Of a DNA stretch of 64,000 nucleotides, positions 43,796-53,917 are shown in pieces. The position numbers and the translations under genes are program-made. The stretch comes from a virus: positions 32,001-96,000 of IMG/VR virus record IMGVR_UViG_3300008255_000111; one strand, given 5' to 3'. Positions within the stretch are counted from its first letter, which is position 1. Every line of letters starts with the position of its first letter. Under the pieces are notes generated by a model. The model searched no databases, was not told the origin of the DNA, and was given only the letters and a program-made list of their open reading frames with translations.

Positions 43796-46774
43796 TTAGA
43801 CCTTCTTGATCGCGCCACCAATCTCAAGCGACGCGGAGCTATCTGTGTAGCCTGTGCCACCTCCGTTTTGGATGATCAGGTTGTTGATCAGTCCGTTGCC
43901 CGCCGCCGCCTCAAAGACGATCGCTTGATCGTTACTGCCACCGTTGACGCTGAGGTTAGCCACCAGCGCTCGCGCGCCCGTTGCCGTCAAGAGGCGGGCA
44001 GACACCGTGTCAGCCGTCACGAGCCGCCCACCGTTGACCACGCAGTCTGCGCCTGCAACAACAACGTTGCTCCCGCCAGCCGTGAGGGCCGCCGTGTAAA
44101 CCTGCACGTTGTTTAAGCAGACGTTATCGCTCTCGATGAGCACACCTGCCGCGCAGTCCGCAGAGTCCACGAACACTTGCAGGTTACTGACGTTGAGCCC
44201 GCTACCTAATGGTGAGTTATTATTGAGCTTCACTGGCGTGACGCTTGAGACAGTCGCGATGGCGCCGGGGTAGCGCGCCTCGACGTTGACGATAGAGCCG
44301 CCCAAGCCAGACGCGTTAAGCAGCGTCTCGTAGTGCGTGCCGTTCGCTGCCAAGAACACAAGGTTGCTCAGTTGGCCACCAAGCGAAGGCGCATCTGCCT
44401 CAAGCGGGCAGTCGAGAAAGCGACACCCATCGACCAAGAGGCGCGCGGCGTTAAGGAACACGCCGTTGTTTCCACCAAGCGCGGTGACGTTGCGGCAATC
44501 AAAGGTGCATCCCCTAAAGAGGATGGACCCTGTGTTGCTCCCCCCAAGCGCTAAGAATGCCGTGCCCGGCCCGCTCCCGGTCCCGACCTCAAAGTGACAG
44601 TCCTCGAAGATCACCTCTTGGTTGGCATCCAAGGTCGATGAGTCCACGATCTTGTCCCCATAGAGACGACACCTTCTCAGCGTAAGGGGAAGCCCTGATG
44701 CGTTGGAGGGGATGCGCAAGGCTTCATCCCAGACCGCTGTACTTGGCGTGCCCGAGTAGTAGAGGTCCACGTCTTCGATCAGGATGTTGGCGCCATCTGC
44801 GTTAATCAGCTCGCCCGCTCCAAAGATGCCAGACCCGGAGTACCTGAAGCTCAGGTTGCGCAGAACTGAGTTGTCATTGAGCTTGATCTTGGTGCCAGAG
44901 AAGCCGTCCACAAGCACAGTCACCAAGCTGCCATCTCCCTCGATGATCACGTTGCGCGTCAACGTACCTGATGCCACGTCGGAGGCGGCGAGCGTAAAGC
45001 CCTGCATGATCTTGATCGTGGCGCGCGGCTGCACCAGAGATGGGTTAGAGCTTGTCGTGAGCGCCACATAAAGCAACGCCTGAGACAGCGACGTGAAGTG
45101 AGGCTGTTGGTTCGGGTGGTTGGGCGTCAGTGATGGACCAACAAGGATCTCGGGTGCAATCGATTGCAGCGGCGTCCCGAAGGTTCGCAAGTCAACAATC
45201 GAGATGATGGTGCCCACAGACACCTCGACATAAAACAGCGGGATGCGATCAGCGGTGGTGGTGTACGCCCCAAACGTTGAGAACGACTTAACCCCTGCCG
45301 TCGTCACATAGACCACATAGAAGTCATCGACCGCTGGAAGCACCACAGAGCCCGCAGTCACTACAACGTTGTCGTCGTACTCGGTGGCGCCCGATTCACG
45401 CCTCAGAAGCCCCTGAGTGAGCGAGAGCGTCCTCGGAGCGACAAATGTGGGCTCAAGGCCGCTCAAGAGCTGACGGCCAAGCAGCGGGCTCGTGGCGCCG
45501 TAGAGCGCAGAGCCCCTCACGGCATCCCTGATGAGCGAGTCCTCAATCGTCTTGCCGTAACCTGCCTCGGTCAGCGTCGCCAGCAAGGAGCCTGCATAGC
45601 TGCGCGGATCACCAAAGCCGGGAAGCTCCACGAAGGTGTTGTGATCCATGAAGCCTAAGCGCCCGTCGTTTGTCCCCACAAGCGAGATGCGCGCGTCAGT
45701 GTAGCTCAACTCAGTATCACCAGCGATCAGCTCAACAGCCCTAAGCGGCGCTTGGGCCGCAAGCCCTGAGAAGGCCGTCCCGTCTGGTCTGGTGATGTAG
45801 ACCTCGCAGTTGTCGATCACATACTGGCCCGAACCACCGGGCGGGTTGAAGGCGAAGACCGACAGGGTGAAAAGCTCAGCATCGGTGCTCACAGCGGGCA
45901 CCTCGATCATAAAGCCGTAGCTCTCGAAGCCCGCGACCGAGCCCCCCTCAAGGTACGTCTGCGAGAACAAGATCCCCTCAGAGCCCGCTGCCCATTCCGA
46001 GAGCCTGACGTTGAGGTTAGTCGTCGCGCTCAGCACGCCTTGAGTCTTAATCCTAAAGCGCACGAACAAGAGATCGTTCTCCCTGACATCGAAGATGCTC
46101 ACCCTCAGCGCGCTGGTTGTCGGAGGGCCGACTGCCACAGAAGACCCAAGGATGGCGCTATAATCATCACCATCGCCAGCAGTCGTGTCGAGCTGGTAGA
46201 CGCCGCCTTGTTGGATGTCCCAGCCCGCAAAGCCAGCGCGGAAGCTGCTGTTAGGGGCAAGCGACTGCCAGCCCTGAAGGCCGTTCCTGAAGACCCCTGC
46301 CCATTGTGCTGTGGCGTGGTCACAGTGCTCGTTTGTGATGGCGCCCACAGAAGGCACTCGGACGCTTCCGAGCGAGATCGCGGAGTTGATCCAGAGCGCG
46401 CCAAGCTCGGCTGCGTCCACAACCCTATATTCTGCGCTGGTGGCCCCAGCCGTCGTATAGTTCACATAGATGAAGAAATAGACGCGCGTGCCTGCGAAGG
46501 CGGCCAAGTCAAACGAGGGCTCAGCAGTCTCAAGAATCGTCAGCGCAAGTCGGTTCACCTCGTCAGGCACGAAGGCGAGCGAGTCATTGAAGACCGCAGA
46601 CCTCGCCAACTTCACCACTGCGCCAGCGACAGGCACAAGCCTAAACCCTCGGGCCAAGCCCATGCGACCGCTGACGAACAAGCCTCTATTTAGCGACTCG
46701 GAGGTGTACGTCTCCTCGAAGCGAGTCCTGATCTTAGACGGCGTGATCACTGCCGTGGGCGCTAGAATGGTCAT
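43796..46774 (-). CDS. tail fibre / receptor-binding protein with C-terminal beta-helix
   Basis: 992 aa; CBM-like central domain; pectate-lyase-like repeats; position after the baseplate genes. Confidence 0.75.
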   Translation of the reverse strand: MTILAPTAVITPSKIRTRFEETYTSESLNRGLFVSGRMGLARGFRLVPVAGAVVKLARSAVFNDSLAFVPDEVNRLALTILETAEPSFDLAAFAGTRVYFFIYVNYTTAGATSAEYRVVDAAELGALWINSAISLGSVRVPSVGAITNEHCDHATAQWAGVFRNGLQGWQSLAPNSSFRAGFAGWDIQQGGVYQLDTTAGDGDDYSAILGSSVAVGPPTTSALRVSIFDVRENDLLFVRFRIKTQGVLSATTNLNVRLSEWAAGSEGILFSQTYLEGGSVAGFESYGFMIEVPAVSTDAELFTLSVFAFNPPGGSGQYVIDNCEVYITRPDGTAFSGLAAQAPLRAVELIAGDTELSYTDARISLVGTNDGRLGFMDHNTFVELPGFGDPRSYAGSLLATLTEAGYGKTIEDSLIRDAVRGSALYGATSPLLGRQLLSGLEPTFVAPRTLSLTQGLLRRESGATEYDDNVVVTAGSVVLPAVDDFYVVYVTTAGVKSFSTFGAYTTTADRIPLFYVEVSVGTIISIVDLRTFGTPLQSIAPEILVGPSLTPNHPNQQPHFTSLSQALLYVALTTSSNPSLVQPRATIKIMQGFTLAASDVASGTLTRNVIIEGDGSLVTVLVDGFSGTKIKLNDNSVLRNLSFRYSGSGIFGAGELINADGANILIEDVDLYYSGTPSTAVWDEALRIPSNASGLPLTLRRCRLYGDKIVDSSTLDANQEVIFEDCHFEVGTGSGPGTAFLALGGSNTGSILFRGCTFDCRNVTALGGNNGVFLNAARLLVDGCRFLDCPLEADAPSLGGQLSNLVFLAANGTHYETLLNASGLGGSIVNVEARYPGAIATVSSVTPVKLNNNSPLGSGLNVSNLQVFVDSADCAAGVLIESDNVCLNNVQVYTAALTAGGSNVVVAGADCVVNGGRLVTADTVSARLLTATGARALVANLSVNGGSNDQAIVFEAAAGNGLINNLIIQNGGGTGYTDSSASLEIGGAIKKV
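45154..45169. repeat. palindrome variant GTGCAATCGATTGCAG in frame (LQSIA)
   Basis: 15/16 match, in the linker DLRTFGTPLQSIAPE. Confidence 0.85.
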
Positions 46775-46802
46775 GATTCACCTCTTGAGTCGATTCCAGA
46801 TA

Positions 46803-47339
46803 TTAGGTGGAGGCCGGGATGTGGGCGCGCGCTTCAAGACCCCTGGTCACATCTTTGGTCGTCGGGTCGAACGTGCCATACAAGATCATCGTATCGTCTA
46901 CGCGGCCCGTTGCAGCTTGGACTAAGGCTACCGCTGAGGCGTTGTCAAAAACACCCCACTCAGCAAACCGATAGTTGGGCGCGTTGTTTTCTTCGGCCTT
47001 CTCTAGTCGCGCGAGCACGGTCGTGAAGTTGGCGCCAGGAGCACCAACGACCGAGGCATTAAACTGCACCTCTGTCGCGAGATCCAACGGATAAAGAGCG
47101 CTGGCATGACTATACCCAGGGTAAAGCCCTGGGTTGGTGATGATCTCAAGGTCGGTGTTAGTCACGAACAGATCAGGATCACGCGCCACATCAACGCCAG
47201 ATACCGTCTCCCAACCACCCTCACCATACTTGATCCCATAGAACAAGCGGTAGCCAGCGGGATACCAAGTGTCGTAGTTCGCCAGGAAGCGCGCGATCAT
47301 CTCACGCCCAAAATCCGTTATCACTGCTCGCGTTGTCAT
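46803..47339 (-). CDS. tail fibre-baseplate attachment (collar-like) protein
   Basis: AVITDFGREMIA..GEGG..EWGVFD. Confidence 0.6.
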   Translation of the reverse strand: MTTRAVITDFGREMIARFLANYDTWYPAGYRLFYGIKYGEGGWETVSGVDVARDPDLFVTNTDLEIITNPGLYPGYSHASALYPLDLATEVQFNASVVGAPGANFTTVLARLEKAEENNAPNYRFAEWGVFDNASAVALVQAATGRVDDTMILYGTFDPTTKDVTRGLEARAHIPAST

Positions 47340-47349
47340 CTCAAACTCC

Positions 47350-49062
47350 TCAGAAGATCGTTAGGCTTGCGCTCACGACGTGCAAGTTGGTGTCAACTGG
47401 TTGAACGTCTGCCGGGATCTGGTCAAACCTGTCACCAAGGAGGTGTCCAGGCAAAAGACCGTCCAGCTCGATGAACAGCTCTCCAGTCAGCGCTTGCGCC
47501 AATAGTCCTGTTACTACCGCTGAGACGGTCACATCCTTTGACACAAGGCGGATATGCAGCGGGATATATCGATCGAGCTTGTCTGATATTCTCTGCACCA
47601 ACAAGCTCAGATCAGCGGCCCCGTCAACTAACACGTCTGTGGGCGTGATCTCAAAGAAGTAGACCGCCGCTCTCTTATAGTTTGGCAGGCAAGCAAACTG
47701 CGGCTTAGCGATCAGCGAGGCCGCACCTACTGCCGGGGGAGCGGGGGCCGTCCCGCCAGCAGGACCGAGCACGCACACCCCAACCCCGTCCGCCGTCACG
47801 ACCACATCTGAGCCCACCTGAACGCCAGGGATCGTCACCGCTGAGAATACCCCCGTTAGATAGTCGATGGTGCCTGCTGCGGGCACGCCATTAAGCGGGC
47901 TCACAAGCTGACCTTGGCCGTTGTCCAACCAAGTGATCGTATCGCCCGTCACATCATAGACCACCTCGACAACAACGCTGCCGGGCCTGATGCGAGTCAT
48001 TGCTCCAAGTAGGCCGTTGAGCACGACCATTGAGGCTGCCGCAACAATAACCTCACGCTCAGGGTAAGAGATGCGCTCGATGTAGTAGGTGGCGCCAAGA
48101 CTGTCTTGAATCTGCCAGTTTGTTGAGGCAAGGATGTTCTTCCAGTCTGCTTCAGGAAGGCGCAGGCAGTAGAGCCCGTCTACCTCATCAATTGAAGAAA
48201 GCGTCGTCGGCAGCACAACGTCTGTCCGGCGATCCACGGGGATCAAGTCGGCAGGAAGCTGATCGAAGAAATGAAACAGCGGCGGCGCCGAGGTGAAGTA
48301 CCTCATCACACCATCAATCTCGACCTTGAAGGCGGCGTTGGCGTCGATCGCGATCATGTTCAGGTAGCGCGACTGATCGATGCAGTAAGCTGTCGTGAGC
48401 TGCACCTGAAAGCCGTATATCTTGCCCAGGAGCGTGAAAAGGCGCTCGCACACCTTCAAGTCTCGGATCAGCGGCTCACGGTAAAGCAGGCGCCTTGTGT
48501 ATTTTGGAGGATCAACCCTGTCAGCGTAGAGCCCAAGGTTATCGCCAAGCCTCACAAGGAGGTCTGGAGGTCGAACCCCTATCGTCGCCCCGATCGTCTC
48601 CCGCGTGTAGATGTCGATCGTTCGCTCATAAGCATCCACAGCTCTCACTGGCGCCAAGCTCTGACCCACGACGGCGATCCAGCCGTCTTGCTGATAGACG
48701 CCATCGCTCAAGCTCTGAGGCCACATCGCGAACAAAGCGGCGTCATCGGAGGACGACAATCTGACACGCCAGAGGTTCGGCTCCAGCTCAACCGCGCTCG
48801 TCACCGTCAACGTCCTCTCCAACTCCTGCCCAGAAGGCGCAAGCGTCGGATCTCTCAGCTCGACGAACGCCCACGCTTTGACCAACGACTCCATCAGGAT
48901 GTCCGCCACAACATAGAGATACGTCTTGAGGTCGCCGCCAAAGTTGGCGTCATCCTCCTGCTGCTGTAACGGGATCGTCCTGTCGTAGATCGCAGCGTGG
49001 GTCGTTTCTTCTATCCCAAAGTAGCCAGACCCAAAAGGTCGTCCGCCAAAGCCAAAGCTCAT
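47350..49062 (-). CDS. baseplate wedge protein (P2 gpI-like core)
   Basis: GFGGRPFG N-terminus; LVRLGDNLG..; RYIPLHI; gene position. Confidence 0.6.
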   Translation of the reverse strand: MSFGFGGRPFGSGYFGIEETTHAAIYDRTIPLQQQEDDANFGGDLKTYLYVVADILMESLVKAWAFVELRDPTLAPSGQELERTLTVTSAVELEPNLWRVRLSSSDDAALFAMWPQSLSDGVYQQDGWIAVVGQSLAPVRAVDAYERTIDIYTRETIGATIGVRPPDLLVRLGDNLGLYADRVDPPKYTRRLLYREPLIRDLKVCERLFTLLGKIYGFQVQLTTAYCIDQSRYLNMIAIDANAAFKVEIDGVMRYFTSAPPLFHFFDQLPADLIPVDRRTDVVLPTTLSSIDEVDGLYCLRLPEADWKNILASTNWQIQDSLGATYYIERISYPEREVIVAAASMVVLNGLLGAMTRIRPGSVVVEVVYDVTGDTITWLDNGQGQLVSPLNGVPAAGTIDYLTGVFSAVTIPGVQVGSDVVVTADGVGVCVLGPAGGTAPAPPAVGAASLIAKPQFACLPNYKRAAVYFFEITPTDVLVDGAADLSLLVQRISDKLDRYIPLHIRLVSKDVTVSAVVTGLLAQALTGELFIELDGLLPGHLLGDRFDQIPADVQPVDTNLHVVSASLTIF

Positions 49063-49508
49063 GCCCTTTCCCCTATCACGTTGCTCTCGACAAAGCCGAC
49101 CGCCTCAGCGACGACTGCCGTGGTGTTGCCGACTGTCCTCAGCACGAGTGCGTCGCCAGGAAGTAAGACCAGATCAAGATCAAGCCTCACCAAGTTAGAG
49201 CCCTCGGTCGCTGAGTCGGTCAGTGCTGTCTCTTTGACAAGCTGGTCTTTAAGTACGTCGTGGTAAACCCCAAGCGTCCAGCTCACTGCGTCGCCCGCTG
49301 AGATCAACATTCGGCGCACGTTCACCGCTCGCGTGATAGAGAACCTAAAGTAGCCGTTTTCGGTCCTACCTTCATAGGTGGCGATGGCATTGTTGACTGA
49401 GCGGGCTGGGGCCGCCGCTGGAGGCGCGCCATTGAATGCAACACCAGCTCCACCTATGAAGCGAATAGCGATCGGATCGTAAGCCTGCGGCCTAGAGTAA
49501 CTTGACAT
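49059..49508 (-). CDS. virion structural protein, unknown
   Basis: Within the baseplate operon. Confidence 0.65.
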   Translation of the reverse strand: MSSYSRPQAYDPIAIRFIGGAGVAFNGAPPAAAPARSVNNAIATYEGRTENGYFRFSITRAVNVRRMLISAGDAVSWTLGVYHDVLKDQLVKETALTDSATEGSNLVRLDLDLVLLPGDALVLRTVGNTTAVVAEAVGFVESNVIGERA

Positions 49509-49525
49509 GATTGAACCTCGTGTGG

Positions 49526-50386
49526 TCAGAACGTTGTCACGATGTGAAGGGCGGCATTCCAGATGACCACGCTCTCACCAAGCCCATAGGGCGCGCCCAA
49601 CGGATCGAGCCCAGCTTGAAGCTCGTAAGCCCGCTCACCTGCCGCCTGGAGCGTAAAGGCCGATGAGAACTTGGCAGGCTGATCACTGTTGAAGTCAAAC
49701 GATGCCAGCTCGACCGGGGCGCCTGTGGTGTCGTAGAGCTTGACGAAGGCGGTCTGGCCGTCAACAAGGACGTTTGCTTCGATGTGGATCTCGTAGGTCT
49801 GCCCTTGAGCTTCGGCAAAGGTGTAGTTGGTTGCAGGATCAAGGCGAACGCGGCCAAGCACAGCAAGACCTTCCCCCTGATAGCCTGCCGTCACGAGCGG
49901 GATAACTTGGCGAAGCACATCCCCTTCAGTCACGCCACCGCTAGCGCCGCCCGCTGAGGTCTGGCCCGTCAAGACAAGCTGGCCGCCCATGATCCACAGC
50001 CGTTCGCCGTTGCGATAAAAGAGAAGCTGCGCGCTGTCTGAGTTCGGCACGTTGCCCGCAAGGATCTGTGGCACCAGGGAGTAGTTCTTGCTCGGAGGGT
50101 GCGGGATGTTCACATAGAGCCCGGCCCCGTCTGCAAGCAACAAAGACCCTGCTGCGATGGTGCCGATGAAACCCTTGGCGCCGTGAAAGAGCTTCATCTC
50201 GGGCCACGTCACAACGTAATCGACCCCAAACTCAATGTCATCCTGATGCACAAGCGCGAGGTTGCGGTGAGAGCGAGCTGAAAAGAGCATCTGATCGATA
50301 GAGTCGATCATCGACTTAAACTTGCCCCACCAGTTCACCTCGCCTTCTGATGGATAGGTGATGAGGGTTCTATTCGTCTGGGCCAT
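49526..50386 (-). CDS. virion structural protein, unknown
   Basis: Within the baseplate operon, coupled start. Confidence 0.7.
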   Translation of the reverse strand: MAQTNRTLITYPSEGEVNWWGKFKSMIDSIDQMLFSARSHRNLALVHQDDIEFGVDYVVTWPEMKLFHGAKGFIGTIAAGSLLLADGAGLYVNIPHPPSKNYSLVPQILAGNVPNSDSAQLLFYRNGERLWIMGGQLVLTGQTSAGGASGGVTEGDVLRQVIPLVTAGYQGEGLAVLGRVRLDPATNYTFAEAQGQTYEIHIEANVLVDGQTAFVKLYDTTGAPVELASFDFNSDQPAKFSSAFTLQAAGERAYELQAGLDPLGAPYGLGESVVIWNAALHIVTTF

Positions 50387-52614
50387 TAGATCGCCTCCCT
50401 AGAGCCGTTAGGCAGTCTTCTGAAAAAATTGAAGGTTGGGCGATGAACGATCTCTCGCTCATCCACAGACAAGTTGCCCTCGCTGTCGATGAACGACTTA
50501 AGAAAGGCGGCACCTGTAAAGCCTGTGATCGTGATATTAACGCGCTCAAGCTCAAGAGACTCCAGCTCTTTATAAAGCTCGTCTAGATCGAGGTCACTGC
50601 CAAATGTCTTGCCCTTGATCAGCGCCTCAATCCTCGACTGGATGTCTGATTTGATCTTGAGCGGCTTGTCTCCTGGGATCTCCTGAAAGACCACGGTGAG
50701 CGTGGGAGCGACGAAGTAACCATCTCCAGATAGGACGCGAAACACCACGGAAGGCTCCTTGCGCGCATCAAGATACGCCTCAAGCGACTTCACAAGACCG
50801 TTGGGGGCCGCAGCATAGTAACCATCACTGTCGCGCGTCAAAATGGGCACCGTGATCAGGTTGGGGCCACACACGTCAGCGAAGACTCCATCAAGATGCT
50901 GCTCAAGCTCGGTGAGCTTATCAAGAGCGCCATTGTACGGGTTCACGAGGCGCTGCTGAAGGTCGTCAACCTCGTCATTGAAGCCGGACACCAACGGACC
51001 AACAAGCGCAAGAGCCGCGATCTCGTCCACAAGATCCGCCTGGGCGGTGGTTCGGCTCTGCGTCGCCGCATCAATCTGCGTCTCTTGCGATGACACCAGC
51101 GATCGTATCGTGGCCGTGCTCGCGATCACGCTACCCAACGAGTTGCTAACTGCCCCCGATGGTGATGTGACCTTTGAGACTTGCTCAGTGGCGCTGTCAG
51201 CCTGATCCAACAAGGCGATCAGTGAGCTGTACGTCGCTGGCGCGATCGTGCCGCCTGAGCCCACACCTACGATGGCCGACCTGATGCTGCTGAGCTGTGA
51301 CTGAATCTGCGAGACGCTGTTGTCTGCTGTCGATACGCTTGTCTGGACAAAAGATGCCTCAGTAGAGAGGCCGTTTGACGCATCCCTAAGATCCACCACG
51401 TCGGAGTCGATCTGAGTGAGCGCTACATCTAGGGGAGAGCCCGCGTCAAGATCATCTGCAATCGATTGCAGCGCTGCTCCAGTCGCAGTCAGCCGGGCTT
51501 GAATGTCAGTAGCAAGCGCAGCGATGGCCGTGTCGCTCAAAGCAATCTCAGCGAGCGCATCCACGATGAGGCCGCGAAGTTGCGTGATGATGCTCAAGCT
51601 CACCATGTCGTTATCGATCGAGGTCGCCAAAACAGCGCGCGCTGCCTCGACCGCCCCAAAGACAGGATCTCGATAGACGCCAACCAAGCCGTCAAAGTCA
51701 CTCTTGACCACAACTGCGCCGTCGCTGTGCTTGGCGAGTGGGAGGCGCGCTTTTGTGATCACTGCCGTTTCTGGCGCCTTGCCGCCCCTCATGTCCGACG
51801 ATTCTACCGTAAGAGGCAGCGGCGTCCCTAGCACGAGCAGATCGTCTGCCGCCCCTGTGATCTCACCTGCCGGAATGATGCCTTGCTCAGCTCGGGTAAC
51901 TGCAAACTTCACAGCGATCGAAGCCCCATCAGGAGGGATGAGCCCAACGGCCCCGTCTCCAAACTCGATGTAGGGCGTGCTCGGCGTATAGGCGACTCGA
52001 TAGACCGTCGTGTCTGTGTCAAGGAACGCGTCGCGCTCGGTCCACGTCACACCATCGATCACAACCTCAAGCGATCGATATGCCAGGAACTCACCTACCG
52101 CCAAGCTGCCAAGGTTGAAGACCTGAAAAGGGGAGCCATCCGATCCAAAGGTCAGGTTCCTCGTCTCGCGCTGAGAGACATCGATCACCTGGGAAGCCGT
52201 TGAGCCCAGGGGGAACGTATAAGACTGCACAGCCTCATAGCGAAGGCCTTGCGGCCCAAGGAAGCCAAAGCCATTCGGCATGATCGCCGTTGAGACGGGG
52301 GCGGCCTGGGGTGTCACCACGAGCTGACCAGACGAAGGCACTGCACCTGCTGGGTTATAGGCGCGGGCCGCCGCATAGCGATCTAGCGCCTCTCGGCTTT
52401 GGATCGTGGGCAGGTAGACATCGTTGGCCTGCAAGTCCTGAAAGAAGTTGACCAGCTCGGCCACATAGGACGCCTGATCCAAGAGCAGCGAGGTCAGATC
52501 ATTGGTGAAGTCAAACGTCACACCCTTGGGCTCGTAGACCGCGCGCAGCTTGGATTTAACCTGCTGCACCAGGGTGTCAAAATCCTTACCCGCATAGAGT
52601 CGTTTAGTGGCCAT
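50386..52614 (-). CDS. baseplate J / gp6-like wedge protein with a long helical insertion
   Basis: KDFDTL..; IEFGDG..G.IPP.G; GG.APE..; AVVVKSDF. Confidence 0.85.
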   Translation of the reverse strand: MATKRLYAGKDFDTLVQQVKSKLRAVYEPKGVTFDFTNDLTSLLLDQASYVAELVNFFQDLQANDVYLPTIQSREALDRYAAARAYNPAGAVPSSGQLVVTPQAAPVSTAIMPNGFGFLGPQGLRYEAVQSYTFPLGSTASQVIDVSQRETRNLTFGSDGSPFQVFNLGSLAVGEFLAYRSLEVVIDGVTWTERDAFLDTDTTVYRVAYTPSTPYIEFGDGAVGLIPPDGASIAVKFAVTRAEQGIIPAGEITGAADDLLVLGTPLPLTVESSDMRGGKAPETAVITKARLPLAKHSDGAVVVKSDFDGLVGVYRDPVFGAVEAARAVLATSIDNDMVSLSIITQLRGLIVDALAEIALSDTAIAALATDIQARLTATGAALQSIADDLDAGSPLDVALTQIDSDVVDLRDASNGLSTEASFVQTSVSTADNSVSQIQSQLSSIRSAIVGVGSGGTIAPATYSSLIALLDQADSATEQVSKVTSPSGAVSNSLGSVIASTATIRSLVSSQETQIDAATQSRTTAQADLVDEIAALALVGPLVSGFNDEVDDLQQRLVNPYNGALDKLTELEQHLDGVFADVCGPNLITVPILTRDSDGYYAAAPNGLVKSLEAYLDARKEPSVVFRVLSGDGYFVAPTLTVVFQEIPGDKPLKIKSDIQSRIEALIKGKTFGSDLDLDELYKELESLELERVNITITGFTGAAFLKSFIDSEGNLSVDEREIVHRPTFNFFRRLPNGSREAI
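51456..51471. repeat. palindrome in frame (LQSIA) in the helical insertion of baseplate J
   Basis: Perfect core. Confidence 0.95.
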
Positions 52615-52625
52615 CAGACACCTCT

Positions 52626-52988
52626 TTAAATCTGGTTCACGCGCTGGCGCGTTGCATAAGTCTTGCCCCTAAACGACCAGACAACTTCGATATCAAGGTA
52701 GCGCACATCGCCCGATTGAATATACCCCGCCAACACCGCCTCGACAGTTAACCGGGGCTCGTTGCGTGTCAGCCCAAGCGTGATCTCTCGACGCACGCTG
52801 GCTTTGACCAGCTCAGATTCATTCTCAAAGAGATAGGCATCAAGGCGTTGACCGTTGCTATCACTATAAACTCGCTCCCCGAAGCGCTGGCTCAGAAACT
52901 GCGACACAGCTGAAGCGACAAGATCCTCATCAGCGGCAGCAACGGGAGCGCCCGCGTTTATCCTGAACGGGTAGGCAATTCCAAGCAT
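52626..52988 (-). CDS. gp25/GPW-like baseplate protein
   Basis: GIAYPF..GERV..LFE..EPRL; ATG 52988 with AAGGAG SD. Confidence 0.85.
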   Translation of the reverse strand: MLGIAYPFRINAGAPVAAADEDLVASAVSQFLSQRFGERVYSDSNGQRLDAYLFENESELVKASVRREITLGLTRNEPRLTVEAVLAGYIQSGDVRYLDIEVVWSFRGKTYATRQRVNQI

Positions 52989-53002
52989 ATCGCGCTCCTT
53001 CA

Positions 53003-53022
53003 AGCTGCAATCGATTGCAGCT
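53003..53022. repeat. palindrome (core 53005-53020) filling the gap between the spike stop and the gp25 SD
   Basis: AG-core-CT. Confidence 0.95.
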
Positions 53023-53917
53023 AGCTGGTGAAAGTCTTTTTGGAGATCATCCCTGCGTTGGGCGAAGGCGGAGGAACAATCGGTGGGGTCGTGGGCGAGC
53101 CTGGAGCGGGAGTCACGATATTATGAACGTGAGTGGCCTTCCAGATAAAGTCCTGCAAGAGATACGACAACAGCAGCTCACCATAAACAAGCGGGTGAGA
53201 TGCTGAGGCGTCACCAAGCCTTACCAGGGCAGCGCTCATGACTGCCAAGCGCGATTTAAGCTCAATCTCGCGCGCTGCTTCCAAGAGCGCTTTGCCCGAT
53301 GCGAGTTTTATACTGTCGCCGCTTGAGTCTTTCACCTCAACATCTTTGTCGAGCGCGACCTGAGCGCCCTGCCTATGCAGCACGGTCAGCTTACCATCAG
53401 GATCGATCTTCACTGAGTCGCCGTTGGCCGTCTTTAAAGTGAGCAGGCCCGTTGGCGAGATCACAACCTCAGTCCCGGTCTTGTGCTTGATCTGGATCTG
53501 CTCATCACCATCAGCGTCTCGCACCTTGAAGGTGTGGCCCCCACGCGTGACGAAGCCCCTATCCTCCACATCAGTAAACCCTGGCGGTTTGCTGGCGCCA
53601 GGGGCGAAGCTGAGGTGGAAGTACATCAGGTCTTTGACCTCCCCCTGTCTGAACCAAGCCCACACCTTCTCGCCAACCCGAGGCACGTTGTAGCTGCCGT
53701 AACCATCCCCAAAGGGCACCGGCCCAACCACAGGGTTAGCCCACGCAGGATGGGCCGCGTTGTTCTCAAGGTTAAGCGATGGGATCTTGAGCTTCACCCT
53801 ACCCCGCTGGTCGGGATCTTCATTGTTCACAACCTCAGCAGGGTAGAGCGAGTAATAGCGCTGAAAATGCTCCAGCCCAAAGCGCTTCACTGACGAGATA
53901 AACCTCTCAATCGTCAT
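53021..53917 (-). CDS. baseplate spike (gpV/gp5 OB-fold)
   Basis: VVNNEDPDQRGRVKLKIP..WA..P.VGEKVW..F..G; C-terminal THVH. Confidence 0.9.
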   Translation of the reverse strand: MTIERFISSVKRFGLEHFQRYYSLYPAEVVNNEDPDQRGRVKLKIPSLNLENNAAHPAWANPVVGPVPFGDGYGSYNVPRVGEKVWAWFRQGEVKDLMYFHLSFAPGASKPPGFTDVEDRGFVTRGGHTFKVRDADGDEQIQIKHKTGTEVVISPTGLLTLKTANGDSVKIDPDGKLTVLHRQGAQVALDKDVEVKDSSGDSIKLASGKALLEAAREIELKSRLAVMSAALVRLGDASASHPLVYGELLLSYLLQDFIWKATHVHNIVTPAPGSPTTPPIVPPPSPNAGMISKKTFTS

